64,000 bases of DNA. It comes from an uncultured Spirochaetaceae bacterium. GTDB taxonomy: Bacteria > Spirochaetota > Spirochaetia > DSM-27196 > SLST01. The stretch covers positions 123,017 to 187,016 of the forward strand of contig CAZREG010000001.1 in the NCBI GenBank assembly GCA_964599075.1, written 5' to 3'. The notes beneath the pieces are model-generated. The model did not search any database, was not told the DNA's origin, and saw nothing but the letters and a program-made list of their open reading frames with translations. Of the stretch, positions 9,969-18,310 are shown piece after piece (the stretch's first letter is position 1; the number at the start of each line of letters is the position of its first letter). The position numbers and the translations under genes were made by a program.

Positions 9969-10001
9969 GGGTCATAAGCAATACATAAAACGGGATGACC
10001 C
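9969..10001. repeat. 7-bp perfect inverted repeat (GGGTCAT-N19-ATGACCC) in the divergent MATE/MFS spacer
   Basis: Read directly: GGGTCAT at 9969-9975 and ATGACCC at 9995-10001. Function unknown. Confidence 0.5.
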
Positions 10002-10031
10002 GGGCGATCAGTTTGCCGTAGACTGAATGCT

Positions 10032-11315
10032 ATGCGTCGGTTGTTTCACGGCCAGCTCGCCGGCTTGATTGCTCCGGTCTACGTTCCCATGCTTCTGCTC
10101 TCATTCGCTATTGCCGCGCCGTCGGCCATCTTCCCCCAGTACCTGCTCTCGCTCGGGGCTGGGATCGCGCTCTCCGGCGTGATCGTATCCCTCCGTTTTG
10201 CAGGGAATCTTGCCACCGACCTCCCCGGTGGTCTGGTGCTCGGCCGTGCCCGTATCCGGGGAGTCATGGCTGCAGCGCTCTCAACAGCCGCAGTTTCCGC
10301 CGTAGGGATGGCGCTGGCAAGGAGTGTCTTTGCCGTGTCCGTCTGGGTGTTTCTCTCGGGGGCTTCCACCTCTGTCGTTGTCACTGCGTGCATGACCTAC
10401 GTGCGGCGAACCATTGGCTCGGAGATCCGCGGAAGGGCCCTCTCTCTGATTGGGGGGTCGGTTCGAATTGGCGCCCTGCTCGGCCCCGTTGCCGGTGGCG
10501 TCCTGGCTGATGCAGCCGGCTACCAGGCCGCACTCTGGCTTCGTGCCGCGGCGACGATCACGGCCCTCCTGCTCTTTGTTGCGGGGAGCCGGTCAGATGC
10601 GGCGATTGCCGAGCGGCCGGTCACGAACCCACAGGCAGCTGAACAGGGCATGGCGGCCCGGATGCGCGTTGCGTACTCGGAGTCCCGGGAACGCCTGGGC
10701 GCAGTAATCGTAACCGGCGCCGGAATCTTTGTGCTGCAACTGCTTCGCGCAAGCCGCACCGTAATCCTGCCGCTCTGGGGCGAGTCGCTGGGCCTCAGCG
10801 CCTCTCTCATTGGGACCGTGATGAGCCTTGGTGGCGCTTTCGACGTGGCTCTCTTCCTGCCCGCCGGAATCATCATGGACCGAGCAGGACGCAAGACGGC
10901 GGCAAGTCTCTGCACCGGCGGCTTTGCTGCGGGGGTGCTGCTGCTGGGATTCAGCACCGGCGTCCCGGGCTTTGTGATTGCAGCACTTGTCATCGGTCTT
11001 GGAAATGGATTTGGTGCGGGAATCAACATGACCATGGGGACCGATCTTGCACCAAACGGTGCGATCAGCGAGTTCCTTGGGGCGTGGAGAGTCATTGGGG
11101 ATGCGGGAAGCGCGGCGGGCCCTGCGGTGGCGGGGGTGCTGACCGCAGCAGTCACGCTCACGTTCGGAGTGTTCGCGCTCTCAGGTATTGGCCTGCTCGG
11201 GTTTGTTATCTTTGCCCTGGCTGCCCCGGAGACGCTGACTATTGCGCGAGGGGATGAGCGCAGGGTGGCCGCCCGAGAGCCTTCCGAGTATCATTCGAGC
11301 AACAGAACAGACTAA
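10032..11315 (+). CDS. MFS transporter
   Basis: 427 aa with 12 predicted TM helices in a 6+6 layout and a central loop (RSDAAIAERPVTNPQAAEQG...). Substrate unknown. Confidence 0.8.
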   Translation: MRRLFHGQLAGLIAPVYVPMLLLSFAIAAPSAIFPQYLLSLGAGIALSGVIVSLRFAGNLATDLPGGLVLGRARIRGVMAAALSTAAVSAVGMALARSVFAVSVWVFLSGASTSVVVTACMTYVRRTIGSEIRGRALSLIGGSVRIGALLGPVAGGVLADAAGYQAALWLRAAATITALLLFVAGSRSDAAIAERPVTNPQAAEQGMAARMRVAYSESRERLGAVIVTGAGIFVLQLLRASRTVILPLWGESLGLSASLIGTVMSLGGAFDVALFLPAGIIMDRAGRKTAASLCTGGFAAGVLLLGFSTGVPGFVIAALVIGLGNGFGAGINMTMGTDLAPNGAISEFLGAWRVIGDAGSAAGPAVAGVLTAAVTLTFGVFALSGIGLLGFVIFALAAPETLTIARGDERRVAAREPSEYHSSNRTD

Positions 11316-11326
11316 CAGGAGTCAGC

Positions 11327-12499
11327 TTGTTTACCATTAAAACGCTCAACAAGATATCGTCCAAAGGACTGCAGCGCCTCTCAGGCAACCAGTTCCAGGT
11401 AGATGATGAATCAGCTCGACCGGATGCGCTTCTTGTGCGAAGTGCGGATCTGCATGGAGTAGAGATCCCGGCAAGCGTACAGGCAATCGCGCGTGCAGGA
11501 GCCGGTGTCAACAATATCCCGATCGAGATCTGCAGCGATCGTGGCATTGTGGTCTTCAATACGCCGGGGGCAAACGCAAACAGCGTGAAGGAGCTGGTCA
11601 TAGCAGGGCTGCTGCTTGCCGCTCGTTCCATCCATGAAGGGGTGACGTGGTCGCGGGAGAATGCCGGTGAGGCGGACCTGGCTGCGAAGGTTGAGAAGGA
11701 GAAGAAGCGATTCGCAGGCACTGAGATAGCCGGCAAGACTCTCGGGGTGATCGGGCTTGGTGCTATAGGCGTGATGGTGTCGAACGCTGCGGTTGCCATG
11801 GGGATGCGCGTGATTGGTTTCGATCCCTTTATTTCGGTCGAATCGGCCTGGGATCTCTCACGAAGCATTGAGCGCGCCCGGTCATTCGAGCACCTGCTCG
11901 CTGAGTCCGACTATGTAACGCTCCACGTCCCGCTGAATGATGACACCCGCGGGATGATCGGCGCGGATGAGTTCTCGCGAATGAGAGAAGGCGCGCGTCT
12001 TCTGAACTTCGCCCGCGGCGGGCTTGTTGACGAGCAGGCTGCCCTCGAGGCACTGAACAGCGGCAGGCTTGGCCGCTACGTGACTGACTTTCCTACCAGC
12101 GTGGTGGCAGGGCATCCGGCTGTAGTACCGGTACCGCACCTTGGGGCGTCCACGGAGGAGGCTGAAGAGAACTGTGCCGTCATGGCTGCCGATCAGCTTC
12201 GCCGATTCCTGAGCACCGGCGCCATCCTGAACTCCGTGAACTTTCCTGCAACCGAGCTCGAACCGGCGGGCCACACGCGAATCCTGATCGCAAACAGCAA
12301 CATTCCAAACATGGTGGGACAGATCACCACGATTCTGGCCAATCACCGCATCAACATCCTTGATCTGCTGAACCGCCACCGGGGCGATCTGGCGTACAAC
12401 ATCATTGACATTGACGGGCGACTGCCCGCCGAGGGGATTGCCGAGCTGCAGGGGATCGACGGCGTGAAGTTCGTCCGGGTAATTGAGGCGGCATCATGA
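11327..12499 (+). CDS. serA: D-3-phosphoglycerate dehydrogenase-like 2-hydroxyacid dehydrogenase with C-terminal ACT domain
   Basis: 390 aa. TTG start preceded by AGGAG. NAD-binding GVIGLGAIG, HLGASTEEA catalytic region, ACT-like tail (ILIANSNIPNMVGQITTILANHRINILDL). Confidence 0.8.
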   Translation: MFTIKTLNKISSKGLQRLSGNQFQVDDESARPDALLVRSADLHGVEIPASVQAIARAGAGVNNIPIEICSDRGIVVFNTPGANANSVKELVIAGLLLAARSIHEGVTWSRENAGEADLAAKVEKEKKRFAGTEIAGKTLGVIGLGAIGVMVSNAAVAMGMRVIGFDPFISVESAWDLSRSIERARSFEHLLAESDYVTLHVPLNDDTRGMIGADEFSRMREGARLLNFARGGLVDEQAALEALNSGRLGRYVTDFPTSVVAGHPAVVPVPHLGASTEEAEENCAVMAADQLRRFLSTGAILNSVNFPATELEPAGHTRILIANSNIPNMVGQITTILANHRINILDLLNRHRGDLAYNIIDIDGRLPAEGIAELQGIDGVKFVRVIEAAS

Positions 12500-13545
12500 T
12501 GATTCACAAAAGGTTCAGACCGCTCTTCTTCCGCGGACTCCCGGTCCTCATGTTTGCCTGCCTGACAACGCTGCTTGCCTCGTGCGCGACACCCGAGCGT
12601 GACCTGCCTGACGGCCTCTACGCGGCGTTCAACACGGCAAAGGGCGAGATTCTTGTGGAGCTCGAGCCGGAGCTGGCACCGGTCACCGTCATGAACTTTG
12701 TTGGGCTGGCGGAGGGCACCATTGAGAACGATTTCCGCCCCGATCGCCCCTTCTACGACGGGCTCGTGTTCCACCGTGTGGAACCGGGGTTCGTGATCCA
12801 GGGTGGCGACCCGGCGGGAAACGGCAGCGGCGGCCCCGGATACCGGTTTCCTACCGAGACGCATCCCGAGCTCACCCACGACGGCGAAGGGGTGCTCGCT
12901 ATGGCGAACAGTGGCCCCAATACCAACGGGAGTCAGTTCTACATTACGCTGACCGCCACACCGTTCCTTGACGGCGGCTACAACGTCTTTGGACAGGTGA
13001 TCGAGGGCATGGAGGTTGTGCGTTCCATAGAGGTTGGAGACGTTATCCGGAGCGTAGAGATCATTCGCTCGGGAGAAGAGGCTCAGTCCTTCCAGCCCAC
13101 AACCGAGAGCTTCCAGGCGGCCCGGACGGCACTCGCCGCAGAGCAGGAGGCGGCCGTGGCGGCAGAGCTACAGGCGCGGATAGATGCCGTTACCGAAGGA
13201 CTTCCCAACCTTATCGAGTTCGGTGAGAGCCGCATGCTGCTCTCACTCCTGCAGCCGGGGTCAGGCGAGACCCCTGAGACCGGCACTGCGGTATCGGTGC
13301 ACTACAGCTTCTCTACGCTCGAGGGTGAGATTCTGGATGACACCCGTGCCCGGGGTGAACCGTTCACGTTCAGCTACAACGAGCAGCGAGTGCTCCCGGG
13401 CCTCGAGATGGCAATAGGCACCATGCGCCCCGGCGCCCAGCTGGTGGCGATCATCCCGCCGGAGCTGGCCTGGGGGGCTCAGGGTCTGCCGCCCGCGCTT
13501 GCGCCGGACAGCTTTGTGGTGTTTGACATAGAGCGCCTGCAGTAA
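12496..13545 (+). CDS. dual-family peptidyl-prolyl isomerase lipoprotein (cyclophilin N-terminal, FKBP C-terminal)
   Basis: 349 aa. Lipobox LLASC. Cyclophilin motifs FHRVEPGFVIQGGDP and GPNTNGSQFYIT. FKBP-type tail GTAVSVHYSFSTLEGEILDDT...VLPGLEMAIGTMRPG. Confidence 0.85.
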   Translation: MMIHKRFRPLFFRGLPVLMFACLTTLLASCATPERDLPDGLYAAFNTAKGEILVELEPELAPVTVMNFVGLAEGTIENDFRPDRPFYDGLVFHRVEPGFVIQGGDPAGNGSGGPGYRFPTETHPELTHDGEGVLAMANSGPNTNGSQFYITLTATPFLDGGYNVFGQVIEGMEVVRSIEVGDVIRSVEIIRSGEEAQSFQPTTESFQAARTALAAEQEAAVAAELQARIDAVTEGLPNLIEFGESRMLLSLLQPGSGETPETGTAVSVHYSFSTLEGEILDDTRARGEPFTFSYNEQRVLPGLEMAIGTMRPGAQLVAIIPPELAWGAQGLPPALAPDSFVVFDIERLQ

Positions 13546-13564
13546 GCGCTGGAGCGGATGACGG

Positions 13565-13590
13565 CCGGCTACTTCAACCGGCTACTTCAA
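13565..13590. repeat. perfect 13-bp tandem duplication (CCGGCTACTTCAA x2) spanning the stop codon of the minus-strand cyclase gene
   Basis: Read directly: copies at 13565-13577 and 13578-13590. The TAG stop (13584-13582) lies in the second copy. Confidence 0.9.
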
Positions 13591-15627
13591 ACTGTCGAGT
13601 TCCCGGTAACCGTTGCGAAGATCCGACAGGTAGGTGTTCAGCTCTCCCGCCTTCTCGCGAAGCATTCGAATGCTCGCCACTTCCTCATCGCTGGAGAGGT
13701 TGCGCATCCGCGCCACATCAATCTCCATCTGTCGAAGCTGGTTGAGCCCTGAATTAAGCCGGAGACGCAGGATTTCCCGCTCATTCCTGAGCTCAGCGTA
13801 CGAGGTCTGTTGCTTCTCTATCTGCGCAATCGACTTGTCGTACTCTATACGCACTGCGTCGTTTCCGGCACTCGGGCGCTCCGCCTGCAGGCGGGCCAGG
13901 TCACTGTCCAGCTCGGCCACCGGTATACCGTCAACGATCTGATCTATCTCCCGTGTCTTCTGGTCAAGAAGCTTGATCTGCTCCACGTAGTTGTCCAGCA
14001 CCGGCAGAAAATCCTCCCCGAGCGGGGAGTGCTTTGGCATGGACTCGATCACCTTCACCAGTCTGCGACGAACGTTCTCCGCCTCACCGCCTGCCCCGGC
14101 CAGCTGCGTGACGGGTGCGGCCTCTTCAATGTGTCGCGGTCCTTTACGCCGGAACCGGCCCCCAATCCGGGCGCCAAGCTGCTTCAGTCTGGCAAGGAGA
14201 CGATGCTCCTTGGACTTGAACGCAGGCAGATGAGAGAGAACACCAATCGCCATGAAGCCTATTGGGAACAACGACCACATAAAGCCGGGACTGGTGATCA
14301 GGTTGATTCCCAGGAGCAGCCCGGAGGTAGCAATATTGGAAAAGAGGTGCCCCCACCAGGCTCCGCGCGCCTTGGAGAGCTTGCGATAGATGCGAAGCTG
14401 CTCTCGCGTAAGTCCCTCCGCACCGTCGAGCTCCTCAGTCTCACGCACCTTCTGCCGCACTCCGGTGTAGTGGCTCACGATTCCGATGCCCCAGCCGAGC
14501 ATCACGATAATCCACCACGGAAAGCCCCCGAAGCCGGAGAGTATGAGCCACAGAGCAATGAGACCACCGTTGACACCCAGATAGCTGACCAGATGGCCTG
14601 TGAAGTGAGCCTTCTCCTTCTCAGCTGCGTGGGCGGCGTAGTCCTTGTAGTCTTCAACCACCGGATCGTAGGCACCCGGCGCCGGTCCTGGATCGGAGAG
14701 CGCGCCCTCCCAGCGGGAGTCCTCCTGGGCCGCACGCTTGTCATCGTGGTGCCAGCGATGCTCATCCCACTTGTCCCATCGTTCCCAGTCGCCCCAGCTG
14801 TCTCTCGGTTCCTGCCGGCGTTCCTCACTTTCTACAATCGCCTGTGGCTGACGCGTGAGGAAGCCCTTATTCACAAGCTTCTCGAGAGCCGCATCCACCG
14901 CCGGTCCACGTCGGTCAAGTCGCGCGCGCGCCTCATTGACGGAGAGGCGACGGCCGGAGCGCTTAATAAGATCAAGCACCATGGGCTTGACCTGGTCAAA
15001 GGTCACGTCCGCAGAGGGTCTTGCCTGCTCCCCGGATGCCGTCGACGGCTCTATCGGCTGGAGCTCCGGCTGATCCTGTGCCCAACCGTCCGGGATGTAC
15101 TCTGCGTCCTTCGACACCGTGATCTCGTGAAGAGCCACCGTGCGCTCGAGTCCGCGAACGCGAATTGAACCCATCGGCTCTATGCCAAGATCGATCTTCC
15201 CTGAGATCAGACTCTGCACATCCTGGCTCAGCGCAACGCGTCCCGGATGGGCACTCTGCTGAACCCGTCCGGCGATCGTGACGCCCTCTCCGAACGCATC
15301 TCCCTCCACAAAGTAGATATCCCCTACGTGGAGGCCGACGCGCAGACTGAACCGCTGCCGGGGATTGCTGAGGTTGTGCTCACCAATCGCGGTCTGGATC
15401 TCGACCCCGGCCTTCACGGCGTGGACACTGTTGGGAAGCTCACAGAGACAGGTGTCGCCCACCGCACGCACCAACCGACCGTTATGAGCCTCTACAATGC
15501 GTTGGACAACACCGGCGTAGTGCTGCAACAGTTCGATGGTCTGTTCCTCGTTCTGCTGCATCATTCGTGAGAAGCCTACAATGTCGGTGACAAGCACGGC
15601 CGCAAGTCGATATTCGCGTGCATCCAT
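13582..15627 (-). CDS. multidomain class III cyclase: cyclase - wHTH-like - 2TM - 2TM - coiled coil
   Basis: Start trimmed to ATG 15627 (MDAREYRLAAVLVTDIVGFS...), because the longer ORF would run across the radA start. Cyclase motifs TDIVGFS and AVGDTCL. Two WWxx..GWGIG-type 2TM modules. Heptad-rich C-terminus. Confidence 0.75.
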   Translation of the reverse strand: MDAREYRLAAVLVTDIVGFSRMMQQNEEQTIELLQHYAGVVQRIVEAHNGRLVRAVGDTCLCELPNSVHAVKAGVEIQTAIGEHNLSNPRQRFSLRVGLHVGDIYFVEGDAFGEGVTIAGRVQQSAHPGRVALSQDVQSLISGKIDLGIEPMGSIRVRGLERTVALHEITVSKDAEYIPDGWAQDQPELQPIEPSTASGEQARPSADVTFDQVKPMVLDLIKRSGRRLSVNEARARLDRRGPAVDAALEKLVNKGFLTRQPQAIVESEERRQEPRDSWGDWERWDKWDEHRWHHDDKRAAQEDSRWEGALSDPGPAPGAYDPVVEDYKDYAAHAAEKEKAHFTGHLVSYLGVNGGLIALWLILSGFGGFPWWIIVMLGWGIGIVSHYTGVRQKVRETEELDGAEGLTREQLRIYRKLSKARGAWWGHLFSNIATSGLLLGINLITSPGFMWSLFPIGFMAIGVLSHLPAFKSKEHRLLARLKQLGARIGGRFRRKGPRHIEEAAPVTQLAGAGGEAENVRRRLVKVIESMPKHSPLGEDFLPVLDNYVEQIKLLDQKTREIDQIVDGIPVAELDSDLARLQAERPSAGNDAVRIEYDKSIAQIEKQQTSYAELRNEREILRLRLNSGLNQLRQMEIDVARMRNLSSDEEVASIRMLREKAGELNTYLSDLRNGYRELDSLK

Positions 15628-15722
15628 CTCTGAGTCACAATAGGCCGCCGGTCTGCCCGCGTCAAGCTTCGGGTGCGCCGCGGAGTGAAGTGCCAACCCA
15701 ATTTCCGTATACTCAACGGCGC

Positions 15723-17120
15723 ATGGCAAAGAAACGCACATCTGTATTCCTCTGCACGCAGTGCGGGCACAGTGAGAACAAGTGGCTCGGACGGTGTCCC
15801 GGCTGCGGCGAGTGGAATACGCTTGAAGAGCAGGCAGCGCAAGAATCCCCGTCCGGCACGACCGGTACAGCCGGCGCGCGGACCAACGGCCACCGCAGTG
15901 GTGCGCGGTCACAGCCGGCGGCCATCTCGGAGATAGAGACAGAGTCCGTAGAGCGAACCTCAACCGGAATTGGGGAGCTCGACCGCGTCCTTGGCGGCGG
16001 GCTGATAGGTGGAGCAACCGTCCTTGTCGGTGGGGAACCGGGAATAGGCAAATCTACCCTTATGCTGCAGATGGCAGCGCAGATACGCGGGGTGCGGGTG
16101 CTCTATGTGACCGGCGAAGAGTCTGCACAGCAGATCAAGGTCCGGGCGGACCGGCTTGGTGTCTCGAACCGGGAACTGCACGTTGTGGCAGAGAACCAGC
16201 TTGAACGGGTGCTTGCGGATATCCGGCCGGCAAAGGCCGGCGGTCGACCGCCCTACGACCTGCTCATTGTAGACAGCATCCAGACACTCTCTTCGGAAGA
16301 GGCAGGAGCCGTACCCGGCACCCCGAACCAGATCAAATATTGCACCTTTGAGCTCGCAGAGAGCGCCCGCGACTACGGCATGGCGATCTTCTTTGTGGCG
16401 CATGTGACCAAAGAGGGCAGCATTGCCGGACCAAAAACCATGGAGCACATGGTTGATACGGTGCTCTACTTCGAACAGAGCGACGACGACACCCGCTATC
16501 TGCGGGCTGCAAAGAACCGCTTCGGTTCAACCGATGAGATCGGTCTATTCACCATGCAGCAGTCAGGACTCGTGCAGATCACCGACCCCAACGGTGTCTT
16601 CCTCGTTCAGCGCAAGGGCGACCTCCCCGCCGGCGTGGTGGTGGCCCCGGTGATCGAGGGCTCACGTGTGCTGCTCGTAGAGGTGCAGGCGCTTACGGTC
16701 CCTGCCAAAGGCGGTCTAAGCCGGGTGTTCAGCGACAAGCTCGATTCCCGCCGGGTGAGTCGGGTTGCAGCCGTGCTGGAGAAACATGTGGGGCTGACGT
16801 TCAGCGACTACGACATCTATGTCAACATAGCCGGCGGGATGCGTATACGGGACGTGGGCGTGGAGCTGCCGCTCGCCCTCGCGCTCTACTCTGCCCGCAC
16901 CGATCGCTCGTTCCCGTCCCGGACGGCCGCAGCCGGTGAGCTCAGCCTGGCCGGAGAGATCCGTCCGGTGCCGCAGATGGCAAGACGGGCGCGGACTGCG
17001 ACAGAGGTTGGATTCACGCGAACCGTAGGGCCGGTCTCTACCCGCCAGGGCGAACAGAGTGCTCACGGGGAATGGAGCAATGCAGCTACGATCGGGAAAG
17101 CGGTGGAGCTGCTCTTCTAG
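15723..17120 (+). CDS. radA: DNA repair protein RadA
   Basis: Start at ATG 15723 (MAKKRTSVFLCTQCGHSENKWLGRCPGCGEWNTLEE zinc finger). Walker A GGEPGIGKST, KNRFG motif, Lon-like C-terminal domain. Confidence 0.95.
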   Translation: MAKKRTSVFLCTQCGHSENKWLGRCPGCGEWNTLEEQAAQESPSGTTGTAGARTNGHRSGARSQPAAISEIETESVERTSTGIGELDRVLGGGLIGGATVLVGGEPGIGKSTLMLQMAAQIRGVRVLYVTGEESAQQIKVRADRLGVSNRELHVVAENQLERVLADIRPAKAGGRPPYDLLIVDSIQTLSSEEAGAVPGTPNQIKYCTFELAESARDYGMAIFFVAHVTKEGSIAGPKTMEHMVDTVLYFEQSDDDTRYLRAAKNRFGSTDEIGLFTMQQSGLVQITDPNGVFLVQRKGDLPAGVVVAPVIEGSRVLLVEVQALTVPAKGGLSRVFSDKLDSRRVSRVAAVLEKHVGLTFSDYDIYVNIAGGMRIRDVGVELPLALALYSARTDRSFPSRTAAAGELSLAGEIRPVPQMARRARTATEVGFTRTVGPVSTRQGEQSAHGEWSNAATIGKAVELLF

Positions 17121-17125
17121 TTCGC

Positions 17126-18310
17126 CTACCCGAGACCGGGGAAGAGGAACGGCAGTGCGACAAAGGTGCCGATAGCGCTTCCAAGAGTGGTGAAGAAAAA
17201 CACAAGGAGGATTCGGGTAATGCGATTGCGGTAAAACCCTCGCAGCGTGGTGATATCGGTCTGAAGGCGCTCAAAGTCCACAACGCGAGGCTTGCGAAGG
17301 ACTGCTTCCAGGAGACCGCTCACAAAGCCCACACCGATGGTAGGGTTCATGCTGGTGAACGGCGCCGCAAGAATGCTTGCCACAATGTTCACCGGATGTG
17401 CAAGGGCAATGATAGCGCCAATGCCTGAGAGCGTTCCGTTTACCAGAATCCAGCGCCAGAGCATCTGCAGTCCGCCGTCCCAGCCGGAACGGATAAAGCC
17501 CAGAGTGATCAAGCCGAGCACCAGAACCGGGATGAGCCAGGGAATCAGTTTGCGGGCGGTTGACTTCGTCGGCACTACGGAGAGCGCTTCCAGGTCGGGC
17601 TGGGTCCCGGTGTGGATCTTCTCCAGCCAGCTCAGGATACCGGGAACGTGTCCGGCCCCGACAACCACGAGAACCCGATTGCCAACCGCGGCGTAGCTCT
17701 TTGCGGCGAGGAACTGATCACGCTCATCAATCAGGGCCGTCTTGGCTCCGGGCAGATAGTCTGCAAGTTCCTGCATCATACCTTCCAGGGCCCCGGATTG
17801 CTTGAGCTTCTCCACCTCCTGCGCCGGCAGCTCTTCCCGGGAGAATGCAGAGCCCAGCAGCGCGGCGAGCATCTTGTTCTTGCTGAAGAAGCCGGAGTTT
17901 GCCCAGGCACGTCGGAGGGTGGTATGGATCTCGCGGTCTACAAAGCTCGTCGGGATGCCCAGCTCCTGTGCCTTCGACCAGGCGGCAAGCATCTCCTCGC
18001 CCGGCGTCACGCCAAGGTCAGCGCCCATACGACGTTGAAAACTCGAGAGGACCAGGTTCCCCAGCAGAAGGAAACCCTTCTTCTCCCTTATCACCTTGTA
18101 GACGTCAAGACTCTCCCAGCTTCGCTTTTCCACCAATGATCTGTGCCGCGCTTCATCTATCTCCACACAGACGTGGTCGGGCTTCTCTTCCTCAATGGCG
18201 TTCGTCACCTCGTCAACACTCTCGCGTGACACGTGTGCGGTGCCAATGAGTATGAACACCCGATCACCAAGGGTGACGGTCGTGCGGTGTGATGCCTGTT
18301 CTGTCTGCAT
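17126..18310 (-). CDS. TraB/GumN-family protein with C-terminal membrane domain
   Basis: 394 aa. GTAHVS motif (ILIGTAHVSRESV) and C-terminal TM helices. The start overlaps the upstream stop by 1 nt. Confidence 0.8.
   Translation of the reverse strand: MQTEQASHRTTVTLGDRVFILIGTAHVSRESVDEVTNAIEEEKPDHVCVEIDEARHRSLVEKRSWESLDVYKVIREKKGFLLLGNLVLSSFQRRMGADLGVTPGEEMLAAWSKAQELGIPTSFVDREIHTTLRRAWANSGFFSKNKMLAALLGSAFSREELPAQEVEKLKQSGALEGMMQELADYLPGAKTALIDERDQFLAAKSYAAVGNRVLVVVGAGHVPGILSWLEKIHTGTQPDLEALSVVPTKSTARKLIPWLIPVLVLGLITLGFIRSGWDGGLQMLWRWILVNGTLSGIGAIIALAHPVNIVASILAAPFTSMNPTIGVGFVSGLLEAVLRKPRVVDFERLQTDITTLRGFYRNRITRILLVFFFTTLGSAIGTFVALPFLFPGLG

Noticed and set aside
13810-15168. 452-aa ORF antisense to the multidomain cyclase gene
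   Set aside because: Shadow ORF. The opposite strand encodes coherent cyclase, 2TM and coiled-coil domains.
13582-15627. Interpreting the cyclase fusion as a Pycsar/CBASS-like antiphage cyclase-effector
   Set aside because: No cNMP-binding effector, TIR, patatin or other effector gene is adjacent. The neighbours are housekeeping genes (PPIase, radA), and the cyclase looks like an ordinary class III signalling domain.
15628-16017. 130-codon N-terminal extension of ORF 13582-16017
   Set aside because: It would overlap the radA promoter and the first ~100 codons of radA on the opposite strand. Its sequence is Arg/Cys/Ala-rich junk, and the cyclase domain begins right at Met 15627.
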